Source: a virus
Lineage: Duplodnaviria > Caudoviricetes
IMG/VR virus record: IMGVR_UViG_3300021430_000575
Span: 19,401-83,400 of that record
DNA length: 64,000 nucleotides
Direction: 5' to 3' (one strand)
Part shown: positions 6,491 to 13,736 of the stretch, piece after piece
How positions within the stretch are numbered: the first letter of the stretch is position 1
Layout: every line of letters begins with the position of its first letter
Notes under the pieces: generated by a model
Databases searched by the model: none
Seen by the model: the letters and a program-made list of their open reading frames with translations, nothing else
Told to the model about the DNA's origin: nothing
Translations under genes and position numbers: made by a program

Positions 6491-6564
6491 TGGTGCTCCT
6501 AAGAAGAATCGAACTTCTATTACTATCGTACCAGGATAGTGTAATACCATTATACTATGGGAGC
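6491..6564 (-). tRNA. tRNA-Thr(GGT)
   Basis: CTATC-CTGGTAC-GATAG, AGAAG-TTCGATT-CTTCT, CCA. Confidence 0.95.
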
Positions 6565-6572
6565 ATTAAACT

Positions 6573-6664
6573 TGGTGGGAAGTAGCTCGAATTGAACGGC
6601 TTGCCAAAAGAGGAGCGAGGTTACAGCTCGCCGACGGGACCACCCATCCTTATTGATACTTCCC
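6573..6664 (-). tRNA. tRNA-Tyr(GTA)
   Basis: GGGAAGT/ACTTCCC, GCGAG-CTGTAAC-CTCGC, long variable region, TTCAATT T-loop, CCA. Confidence 0.85.
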
Positions 6665-6670
6665 TTAAAT

Positions 6671-6747
6671 TGGCGTCCCCAAGCGGCGACAATCCGCTTC
6701 CTTGACCTTGAGAGGGTCACGATCTAATCTACGTAATCTATGGGGAC
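6671..6747 (-). tRNA. tRNA-Glu(CTC), atypical T-loop
   Basis: GTCCCCA/TGGGGAC, TGACC-CTCTCAA-GGTCA, AGCGG-ATTGTCG-CCGCT, CCA. Confidence 0.85.
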
Positions 6748-6810
6748 AAAATTCTGTGGGCGCCCCGCAAGTGGGTCATTTAAGGATAGGTTCTTACCAT
6801 CCCCCAATAT

Positions 6811-6887
6811 TGGCGTTCCCAGACGGCGACAATCCGTCTCCTTCGCCTTGAAAGGGCGACGATCTAATCCACGTAATCTATGGGAAC
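6811..6887 (-). tRNA. tRNA-Glu(TTC), atypical T-loop
   Basis: GTTCCCA/TGGGAAC, TCGCC-CTTTCAA-GGCGA, GACGG-ATTGTCG-CCGTC, CCA; paralogue of 6671..6747 with compensatory changes. Confidence 0.85.
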
Positions 6888-6889
6888 AA

Positions 6890-7300
6890 ACTAGTATTTG
6901 TGATGGGATTCACACCCATATTTCCGGCCTCCAAATGCAAATGCTAATGGCCAGCGTGTTAAGTTAGAAACGGCCTTCAAAACCCCTCATATATACTCTG
7001 CAATTTTTCCTAATGCTTGACTTGTCTAGGCGCTGCCCCTAGCTCGACGTTTTTATAGCCTTTGCATTTAATATCAAACATTTTTACTAGAATGGTTTGT
7101 ATATACTACTCATTCCTACTACCCGTTAATTCAATTACACTACACAAAGCTCAGTAATTAAAAAAACTTATCCAGGACTTTCACCCGGTGTGAGCATCAC
7201 GCTCTCAGATAGATTTCTCATTCTACCACCGTTGGAGATCGGGTTAATGCATTGAGTTCGTAATTTACAAATTATACTCAACTACCTCTAACATGCATCA
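6890..7300 (-). ncRNA. Non-coding region with several T-arm-like hairpins
   Basis: ATGGG-TGTGAAT-CCCAT, CTAGG-GGCAGCG-CCTAG and CCGGG-TGAAAGT-CCTGG 5-bp/7-nt hairpins plus TTGAGT/ACTCAA; no convincing ORF. Confidence 0.45.
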
Positions 7301-7353
7301 AAGTCTATCTTATCAACACATTAGCCAACTTCGTTCTGTTAAAGCACACAATA

Positions 7354-8115
7354 TTATCCTGTGTGCTTTTTAAATACCTCATAAAATTCACTGTCAACGT
7401 CATCTATATTGGCAGCGATCATTGCAAATCTATCGAAAGGATCAAGGCCTTGTTGCAGACGATGCGAAATCTTTTCTATGTCAGTATAAGTTGAATTATT
7501 AAATTCTTGATGTGAAAAATTTTCTATTTTGGTTTTTATATCTTCTGGTGACCCCCAAAAGCTTAGATGATACCCAGCATTTTTAGCTGCGGCCATTTGC
7601 CATCTTTGATCTCTCAACTGTTGAGCAGTGAATTTATTCATTAATGCTTTTTTGCAAATTACAGTACCACACCAATCCTGCGGTATATACTGACTAAAAT
7701 TATAATAATATGTACGTTGTTCAGCTGTTACAGAATCAAATTTATCTAACAACTGTATAAAGTCTGGTAACAATTGTTTTAAAGGAATTTCATCTAGGTC
7801 ACTGATCATAACAACAGCATTGTTGTCAAATAACTTGACTACTTGATCTATATGTCCTCGTTGAGCAAATTCAATTTGCCAATTAAAATTATCATGGAAT
7901 AATGTTGTATCAATAGTTATCGGTTGATAAATTATTTTATCTAAATATTTCTTATATCGTTTTATATTACTTAGAAAATTAAGAGGCTTTTTCTTTCCTG
8001 CAAAGGTAATATCTGCTTCTACTATGACAAAATAGTCAACTGAATCATAAAGATATTCTAGTCGACCTTCCAGTAGATCTAATTCTCTAAAAAATGTAAA
8101 ACAATCAATTATCAT
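7354..8115 (-). CDS. Glycosyltransferase family 17-like (beta-1,4-GlcNAc transferase-like)
   Basis: IIDCFTFFRELDLLEGRLEYL...FVIVEA..TF.G..KPL; SDLDEIP; YHLSFWG...IKTKIENFSHQE. Confidence 0.8.
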   Translation of the reverse strand: MIIDCFTFFRELDLLEGRLEYLYDSVDYFVIVEADITFAGKKKPLNFLSNIKRYKKYLDKIIYQPITIDTTLFHDNFNWQIEFAQRGHIDQVVKLFDNNAVVMISDLDEIPLKQLLPDFIQLLDKFDSVTAEQRTYYYNFSQYIPQDWCGTVICKKALMNKFTAQQLRDQRWQMAAAKNAGYHLSFWGSPEDIKTKIENFSHQEFNNSTYTDIEKISHRLQQGLDPFDRFAMIAANIDDVDSEFYEVFKKHTG

Positions 8116-8601
8116 CTATTCTACTTGCCAATCATATGATTCTCTAATGTAATCTGGTAACCCGTCTAAAGAATTGTTAAACTTTGGCCAATTGGAAAAA
8201 TTACCTGTATTTTCTAAAAGCAAATGCCATCCAGTTGGCTGTAATGGACTATAATAAGAGCTAAGAGTTTTTAAATCAAATGGTTTTATAGTACCGTCTT
8301 TATACCATGATTTTGTAAATCTTGATAATCCTTTAACCACTTCTTGCATATCTGATGAATGAATGTCCCCCAATAATAACTGTGGGTGATTTAATCTAGT
8401 TTTAAAAAACCAAAGCATCTTTGAAAATATTTTTTGTCCTCTATAGTCTTTATTAACCCATACATGATCTACTATTGGTATATATTCATTATTTAATGAT
8501 GCCATTGCTACAAAAATAGCATTATCCCATAGCGAATAAAAATTGTTATATTTTTTTACAACAAACTTGTCTATATCGCCTATATGGTCACATATTTTCA
8601 T
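8116..8601 (-). CDS. Hypothetical protein with GNAT-like motif A
   Basis: HVWVNKDYRGQKIFSKML resembles an acetyl-CoA-binding motif; TAAATA 5 nt upstream of ATG. Confidence 0.55.
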   Translation of the reverse strand: MKICDHIGDIDKFVVKKYNNFYSLWDNAIFVAMASLNNEYIPIVDHVWVNKDYRGQKIFSKMLWFFKTRLNHPQLLLGDIHSSDMQEVVKGLSRFTKSWYKDGTIKPFDLKTLSSYYSPLQPTGWHLLLENTGNFSNWPKFNNSLDGLPDYIRESYDWQVE

Positions 8602-8696
8602 ATAAGTATTTAGTTACCGGTTTAATGGAGAGCCGGCATCCAGGATAGTATCCGCCAGTCCATTTTTATCTTGCGAATGGTAATGAACACCCAATA

Positions 8697-8775
8697 TGGT
8701 CAAGGTGGAAAGATTTGAACTTTCGATCTCCAGTTTCCAAAACTGGCGGGGACGGCCAGACTCCCCTACACCCTG
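8697..8775 (-). tRNA. tRNA-Pro(TGG)
   Basis: CAGGGTG/CACCTTG, CCAGT-TTTGGAA-ACTGG (A37), GAAAG-TTCAAAT-CTTTC, CCA. Confidence 0.9.
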
Positions 8776-8806
8776 TTATTTTTATCTATAGATATAAATT
8801 GTAAGA

Positions 8807-8842
8807 TCCAAGGCCGGCACTCTTCTTCTGAGCTACACCCTG
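8807..8842 (-). pseudogene. 5' half of a second tRNA-Pro(TGG)
   Basis: CAGGGTG-TA-GCTC-AGAAGAA-GAGT-G-CCGGC-CTTGGAT, then unrelated sequence; starts immediately after the stop of 8843..9547. Confidence 0.65.
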
Positions 8843-9547
8843 TTAATTCTTTGTTAGCACACAGCTTACCATAGTATGGTTCCCTAGTCCCTGATATTTC
8901 ATACTATTAAAAGTATAGCCGTGCCGTTTGGCTATAAATCGTACAGCGCCTTCGGTTATCTGCCGATATGGAACAGCCATATTACCACGACGATGCTCAT
9001 ACATTTTTATGCCTAGCCTATTCATCCATTTAATAATACAGGTATTATGTTTGCCGCCGCCGCCACCGCGTGTTGAGACAACTAGTATAATGACCTCTAC
9101 ATTATTTTTGCATGCTTTTTCTAAAAAATCTATATGGTAATCCTGTAAACATTTTACATCATCGAAATCAATCAATGATATCTTGTGTCCCAACGCCCAC
9201 AACATTTCGGCTTGGTTAATTAAATTAGCCTCTACAACTTGACCTTTGAAGCCAAGTTCCTGTTGAGCCTTACGTAATGTCCAATAGGTTTCCCAATCCC
9301 AATCGATCATAAATAGATTTTCTTCTCGAATTCCATTAGCTAAATGCTCATCGATGTGCCGTTTCAGTTGACCGCCGTACCCGGGTATACACAACCCAAC
9401 TCCGTCAAACGTTTTATTCTTAAACGTATTTTGTATAAGAGCAGTCTGACGTAAACAGGTAAGAATCTTACCAGGACTTGTGGTATCAGTATATGCAAAT
9501 TTTGCAGTTTTGCTTGCCATATATATATATCTCCATATTTCACACAT
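8843..9547 (-). CDS. Hypothetical protein, possibly Rossmann/methyltransferase-like fold
   Basis: 234-aa ORF; likely start at ATG 9520 after SD GGAG; GVGLCIPGYGG...LFMIDWD...ISLIDFD only weakly suggests the fold. Confidence 0.6.
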   Translation of the reverse strand: MCEIWRYIYMASKTAKFAYTDTTSPGKILTCLRQTALIQNTFKNKTFDGVGLCIPGYGGQLKRHIDEHLANGIREENLFMIDWDWETYWTLRKAQQELGFKGQVVEANLINQAEMLWALGHKISLIDFDDVKCLQDYHIDFLEKACKNNVEVIILVVSTRGGGGGKHNTCIIKWMNRLGIKMYEHRRGNMAVPYRQITEGAVRFIAKRHGYTFNSMKYQGLGNHTMVSCVLTKN

Positions 9548-9587
9548 AACGCTAACATGTGTGCATGTTGAAAAGCAAGGATAAAGT

Positions 9588-9664
9588 TGGTTGCGGGAGG
9601 AGCGATCGCATCTCCGTCCGATAGAGTATGAATCTATCCATCTACTGTCTGATTGTATCCCGCG
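9588..9664 (-). tRNA. Initiator-like tRNA-Met(CAT), atypical
   Basis: C1xA72 mismatch (CGCGGGA/TCCCGCA-A-CCA), loop TTCATAC; stem ATAGA/TCTAT lacks the three G-C pairs of initiators. Confidence 0.75.
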
Positions 9665-9671
9665 ATAATAA

Positions 9672-10000
9672 AATGAAGCAACCGTTATCTCCCATTATCG
9701 GGAACCCTCTAGCGCACTAGCTGGCGGAATATCATTTTTGATATTTAGGCATGATTAAGCCCATTGCTTCGTTGTCTCTGATATTAGTTAGATCAAGTTG
9801 AAATAGTATGAAACACAATATAGAATAACGGTTTATCAGATCGTTCCTTATATTACATTTTCTATACTATTTCAATTATGTAATAAAAAGAGGATTGACC
9901 ATTTGAGCGCATACGCGTCTACCTTTTCAGGCCGTGCCATCGTTAGTGGATGAATAACATGTATTCCACAACGTCCCAATGACTAAACAATCCCAAGTCT
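9672..10000 (-). ncRNA. Three consecutive structured spacer elements
   Basis: GAAGCAAT/GTTGCTTC multibranch (~9673-9771); inverted repeat TTGAAATAGTAT/ATACTATTTCAA (~9798-9875); GGGATTG/CAATCCT multibranch with CCT-GAAA-AGG (~9890-9995). Confidence 0.5.
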
Positions 10001-10011
10001 CTATGATATAT

Positions 10012-10084
10012 TGGTACCGGCTATTCGTACTGCCCGAATCTCGGATGGCGTTATGAGCACCACCGGGTCCTTGACCAAACCGGC
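10012..10084 (-). tRNA. tRNA-Met(CAT) (elongator Met or Ile2 not resolved), atypical T-loop
   Basis: GCCGGTT/AGCCGGT, TGGTG-CTCATAA-CGCCA, ATTCG-GGCAGTA-CGAAT, CCA. Confidence 0.8.
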
Positions 10085-10091
10085 ATAATAT

Positions 10092-10167
10092 TGGTTGGCC
10101 CGGCAGGTCCTGCCCCTGCGACCTCAGACTTATCAGGTCTGTGCTCTACTAACTGAGCTACGAGCCA
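10092..10167 (-). tRNA. tRNA-Ile(GAT), atypical T-loop
   Basis: CAGAC-CTGATAA-GTCTG, GCAGG-GGCAGGA-CCTGC, canonical D-arm, CCA. Confidence 0.9.
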
Positions 10168-10178
10168 TCGAAATAATT

Positions 10179-10254
10179 TGGGGTGCATAGTGGGTTCCGC
10201 CCCCACCTAAACAGAGTCACAGTCTGCCGGCTACACTAGCTGCCTCTACGCACC
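10179..10254 (-). tRNA. tRNA-His(GTG), atypical T-loop
   Basis: Encoded G-1 and C73, GCAGA-CTGTGAC-TCTGT, GTGGG-GGCGGAA-CCCAC, CCA. Confidence 0.9.
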
Positions 10255-10327
10255 ATAAGCTTTTTGAGACATATGGCTATATAATCTTTTTCAAAGAAAG
10301 ATCTAGTTACTCTATACATTTCAAAAT

Positions 10328-10401
10328 TGGCAGGTCGACCAGGTATTGAACCCGGGCTAAAAGTTTTGGAGACTCTTGTGCTACCATTACACCACCGACC
10401 T
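10328..10401 (-). tRNA. tRNA-Trp(CCA)
   Basis: AGGTCGG/TCGACCT, AGAGT-CTCCAAA-ACTTT, CCGGG-TTCAATA-CCTGG, CCA. Confidence 0.95.
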
Positions 10402-10448
10402 ATATAAACTGTTTGATTAAACAAACGATTTTTCTGCGTCAAATTATG

Positions 10449-11036
10449 TCATTCGCCAAAATCATGTTTTGTTAAATTATACCACAATTCAGCTGAATAA
10501 AATTTTCTACGTTCAATTATTTTGTAATTGTTTTTTTTATCTTTCCATTCGTTTATTCGATGTTGTTTTGCTACTAATCTAGCTTTCTTTTTTTGTTCAT
10601 TAGGTCGTAGAGTAGTCTTACTCTTCTTTACAATGTTGATTGTTTGTATGGTGTACCTTTTTTCTTTAATTGCTGTACCGGCAAATGTATTCTTCTTATT
10701 TGATGTACTTACCTTAATAAACACGTTTCCAAAAACGTCAGACGTTGTTATGCTGTTAACACTAACATGTTTGAAACATTCAGTTGACCCGCCTGAATAT
10801 AACCAATTAATTGGAACATATTTCTTAGCCTTAAATCTGTTGTGTAACTTTTTCTCGTGATCAAATGCAACTTTTGGGCTTAACTCTTTTGAGAGAGCCA
10901 ATGTTTCAATTTTAAATTGATTTAAATCTTTTGCAAATCTTTCCTCAATAGATGTCGATGTTACACCAATTTTATAAAATTCTTCAAAATTGTGTTCATC
11001 GAGCGAGGTAAATTTTAATAGATATACTTTCCACAT
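10449..11036 (-). CDS. T5orf172/MUG113-like (GIY-YIG superfamily) nuclease
   Basis: FYKIGVTSTSIEERF...HEKKLHNRF...GGSTECF. Confidence 0.7.
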   Translation of the reverse strand: MWKVYLLKFTSLDEHNFEEFYKIGVTSTSIEERFAKDLNQFKIETLALSKELSPKVAFDHEKKLHNRFKAKKYVPINWLYSGGSTECFKHVSVNSITTSDVFGNVFIKVSTSNKKNTFAGTAIKEKRYTIQTINIVKKSKTTLRPNEQKKKARLVAKQHRINEWKDKKNNYKIIERRKFYSAELWYNLTKHDFGE

Positions 11037-11095
11037 GCTTTAATGTAACACATATCTATTAAATTGCAATCTCTTAATACGGCAAGGCGGTTCTT

Positions 11096-11284
11096 CACCC
11101 TGCTAACCTTTAATCACCGTTCGGTGGTGCGCCACGTAGCGCACTTTATGCACTGGTATTATATAGAACATACCAGTTATTGACCCCTGTACATTCAGTG
11201 CCAACTCACCCTTTTTCATCTACGCTACAAATGCATCAAACTATATCGGCATAACCATATAGCCACGTAGTATCCCAGCAGGTG
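11096..11284 (-). ncRNA. Candidate ~190-nt multibranch RNA at the head of the tRNA transcript
   Basis: Closing CACCTGCT/AGCAGGGTG with CTACG/CGTAG, CTATATGG/CCGATATAG, TTGGC/GTCAA, ACTGGTAT/ATACCAGT, GTGCGC/GCGCAC and CACCG/CGGTG. Confidence 0.6.
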
Positions 11285-11429
11285 CTCAACAGTCCTTATT
11301 TGTTTTAGTTTTTTAACGTAGACCAAGTAGACCGCATCTAAACTACGTTTTAAAAATTCTATCTATTCATTCCTTGCAACTATCTAATCTCCTATCAATA
11401 CATCTTTGTTAACTATTTTGCTGACCAAT

Positions 11430-11463
11430 AAAAAACCCGGTAAGTTTGTTAGTCTTTACCGGG
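11430..11463 (-). terminator. Intrinsic terminator (attenuator 3:4 hairpin)
   Basis: CCCGGTAAAG-ACTAACAAA-CTTACCGGG followed by TTTTTTATT. Confidence 0.85.
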
Positions 11464-11496
11464 GTCTTGTCAGCTTTTTTGTGTTATCACATTACA

Positions 11497-11592
11497 CTAG
11501 CGGACAAGACCTCCCACAGGCTTATAATTCCAGGCCTGGCGATCTTCATTTTTACTAATAAAGAGCATATGTGTAGTCATTTGTGAACTCAT
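11497..11592 (-). CDS. Putative attenuator leader peptide MSSQMTTHMLFISKNEDRQAWNYKPVGGLVR
   Basis: Hand-translated 31-codon ORF (below track cut-off); AAGGA upstream; alternative ATG at 11580; overlaps 1:2 and 2:3 helices; TAG stop just before the antiterminator partner. Confidence 0.75.
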   Translation of the reverse strand: MSSQMTTHMLFISKNEDRQAWNYKPVGGLVR

Positions 11593-11633
11593 TTATCCTT
11601 TGTTAAAATTTGTGTGTTGTTTCCAACGTAGTC

Positions 11634-11663
11634 TATTTATACTGTATTTATTTATAATGTCAA
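11634..11663 (-). promoter_or_regulatory. sigma70-type promoter driving leader and tRNA array, with overlapping TATAAATA motifs
   Basis: TTGACA (11663-11658), 16 nt, TATAAA (11641-11636); TATAAATA at 11656-11649 and 11641-11634. Confidence 0.7.
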
Positions 11664-11701
11664 TTAGTTTTCTTGGTGAATCACGTATTTTTTAATTCTT
11701 T

Positions 11702-12076
11702 TTACCAACAGCGTCCTGCACGACATCCGTACCATGGTCTCGGGCCACCCCAAATAGGTGGAAGATAAACAGGAGGTGCTACATATACAGGCGGTGCTAG
11801 TATAACCGGGGCAGGCGCTACATATACAGGCTGAGGTGCTACATATACAGGCGGTGGTGTAGTATAAATCACTTGCGGCGGAGGATTATTAACAATGATT
11901 GGCCGCGGTGGAGGATTATTAATCACCACCGGAGGACTGTTTGGTTGGACAACCACAGCAGGACTGTCAACCACAATAGGAGGAGGACCATAGTCTACTC
12001 GCACCACTCCTGCTGGTACTGCAGGAGCACATCCATTTATTAAAAATCCAATGGCAAGTACAATATAACTATTCAT
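11702..12076 (-). CDS. Proline-rich putative lipoprotein (PVYVAP repeats)
   Basis: Lipobox-like FLINGC after a hydrophobic stretch; repeated PPVYVAP. Confidence 0.7.
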   Translation of the reverse strand: MNSYIVLAIGFLINGCAPAVPAGVVRVDYGPPPIVVDSPAVVVQPNSPPVVINNPPPRPIIVNNPPPQVIYTTPPPVYVAPQPVYVAPAPVILAPPVYVAPPVYLPPIWGGPRPWYGCRAGRCW

Positions 12077-12089
12077 ATTAATATTTATA

Positions 12090-13730
12090 TTAGCTAGAAA
12101 TCGTTGGTTTTACAACCTCATTCATAATTTTATTAATAGCTATTTCACCACCTGGTGTAGTTTCAAACGGCAATGAGTATGTGTCAAGTAGTTCTTTGAC
12201 TTTAATATCAAATCTCACAGCTTCAAGTTCATCTTTTTGATTTCTGCCTACTGGGTCATAGGTAAAATGTCGCTGTAATATGTAATTATAATTTTCATAT
12301 TCGTTAAAAACTTCCAGTACTAGGTTAGTAAAGTTTTTGCTAGTATATTCTGGTTTTACATATATAAGTCCCAGAGGAATTGGGCTGTCTGTGATTACCC
12401 AATCTATATTATGATTCTTTAGCCGTGCAATACGTCTTTGTTGTTTGGCAAATATATAAATTTGATCGTCAAATAAATCAACACGTCTTTCCCAGACAGC
12501 TTCTTTGGCATACTCTGTTACCAGTTCAACGCTGAGTTTTGATTTTTTCATTTCGTAAAAAAGTCCGGCGGCCGTTGTAGAATTATGTGTAACCACATAA
12601 TTATCAGTTACGTATAAATGATCTGTATGGTCAATCATAATACATTGAACTTCAGTTGTTCTAGAATATTCTATACTTTTGATTCTCAATTTTAAATCAG
12701 AATATTGGTAATTTTCTGGTAGTCGATTCATTTTTCTCGTAAGTTTACTTAATTTTCTTGGCTTGGGATATCTAATACAAACATTATAATTAATTTTACC
12801 AGATTCTTTTATACCTTTATACGTATATTTTGGGAATTTTTTTAATATTTTTGCTTGCCCTCCAAGTGACCAAATAATTTCTTGTATATCTTTAGCCAAT
12901 TGTTCGCTAGATGTAGAAATAGAAATGCTACCGCTTTTACAGACATACCCGTCAGAATCTACTAACCCGGCAATCAAATCTTCTTTTTGTGAAGTTGAAC
13001 CACGTTTATATAAATCTGGAATAAATTTGGTATATGAACGTGTACCAAATAATCCCAAATCAAATAATGATTTTTTATAGCAATTTCTAAAAACATTTCT
13101 TTTTCCTTGACCTTTAACAGATTCTGTAGGGTCTATGAACCTAATATTATATCCGTATTTTTGTGGCATTTTATGTATTTTATACTTTGACGATATCTTA
13201 TTGGACATTAAATTTACTATTTCATAGTCATTAGTTGTAAAAGATGTCAATGCTCGTTTACTTGAAAAGCATCCGTCCCCTAATAAAAAACCAAGAACCC
13301 ACGGATCAATTGGTAAAGGTATATCTATGGCATTTAAGTTTCTTACCATAGGTATTCTAAAAATTTGTGTTTTATTAGTCTTTAATTTATCCATCATCCA
13401 TTCTAATGATACGGTTTTATAATCTAATTTTCGCCCTGTATAATTGGATCTCGTCTTATAAGTATTGCCATATTTTCCATATATCTTCCAAAGATGATCT
13501 TTACAACATTCAACCGATCGGCCGTCAATAAATGTAATTTTATACACATCCTTAATCCCTTGTGGATATACTCCTACTACTTTTGAAACCTCTCCGTTTG
13601 GCACAGTAACAGTGGTTCCAATTTTTATATCCTTCATCTGTTTCCACCCATCAGGAGTCAAAACGTTTGCGTCTAATGGCTGAGCCTTCCCTGTTCCTGG
13701 GCCACCGAAGAGATTAATTACTTTCATCAT
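12090..13730 (-). CDS. P-loop nucleotide kinase (AAA_28/NadR-like) with intein
   Basis: Extein INLFGGPGTGK|STTAAGLF...ELVTEYAKE...ITDSPI. Confidence 0.85.
   Translation of the reverse strand: MMKVINLFGGPGTGKAQPLDANVLTPDGWKQMKDIKIGTTVTVPNGEVSKVVGVYPQGIKDVYKITFIDGRSVECCKDHLWKIYGKYGNTYKTRSNYTGRKLDYKTVSLEWMMDKLKTNKTQIFRIPMVRNLNAIDIPLPIDPWVLGFLLGDGCFSSKRALTSFTTNDYEIVNLMSNKISSKYKIHKMPQKYGYNIRFIDPTESVKGQGKRNVFRNCYKKSLFDLGLFGTRSYTKFIPDLYKRGSTSQKEDLIAGLVDSDGYVCKSGSISISTSSEQLAKDIQEIIWSLGGQAKILKKFPKYTYKGIKESGKINYNVCIRYPKPRKLSKLTRKMNRLPENYQYSDLKLRIKSIEYSRTTEVQCIMIDHTDHLYVTDNYVVTHNSTTAAGLFYEMKKSKLSVELVTEYAKEAVWERRVDLFDDQIYIFAKQQRRIARLKNHNIDWVITDSPIPLGLIYVKPEYTSKNFTNLVLEVFNEYENYNYILQRHFTYDPVGRNQKDELEAVRFDIKVKELLDTYSLPFETTPGGEIAINKIMNEVVKPTISS
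12582..13685 (-). mobile_element. 368-aa intein with LAGLIDADG endonuclease, class 3 signature
   Basis: Starts AQPLDA, ends VVTHN before Ser+1; HLW (block B), VQCIMID (block F), THN (block G); LGFLLGDGC and IAGLVDSDG motifs; inserted between K and S of Walker A. Confidence 0.9.
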
Positions 13731-13736
13731 TGTCCT

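Noticed and set aside
1604-6810. HDV-like theta ribozymes after tRNA 3' ends
   Set aside because: The spacers I examined have 5' strands pairing with their extreme 3' ends or forming simple hairpins, not the nested P1/P2/P3 HDV topology; a formal motif search was not possible.
8620-8665. TGGATGCCGG as the missing 3' anticodon strand of the half tRNA-Pro
   Set aside because: No T-arm or acceptor strand follows, and GCCGG is explained by local pairing with CTGGC in its own hairpin.
331-10442. Track ORFs overlapping tRNAs (331..528, 1117..1383, 1589..1807, 2724..3101, 4585..4803, 6740..6967, 10236..10442)
   Set aside because: They run across well-formed tRNA genes and look like chance ORFs in GC-richer RNA sequence.
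11770-11860. Three copies of gctacatatacaggc resembling a mini CRISPR array
   Set aside because: They are in-frame PVYVAP coding repeats; spacers are too short and no cas genes are present.
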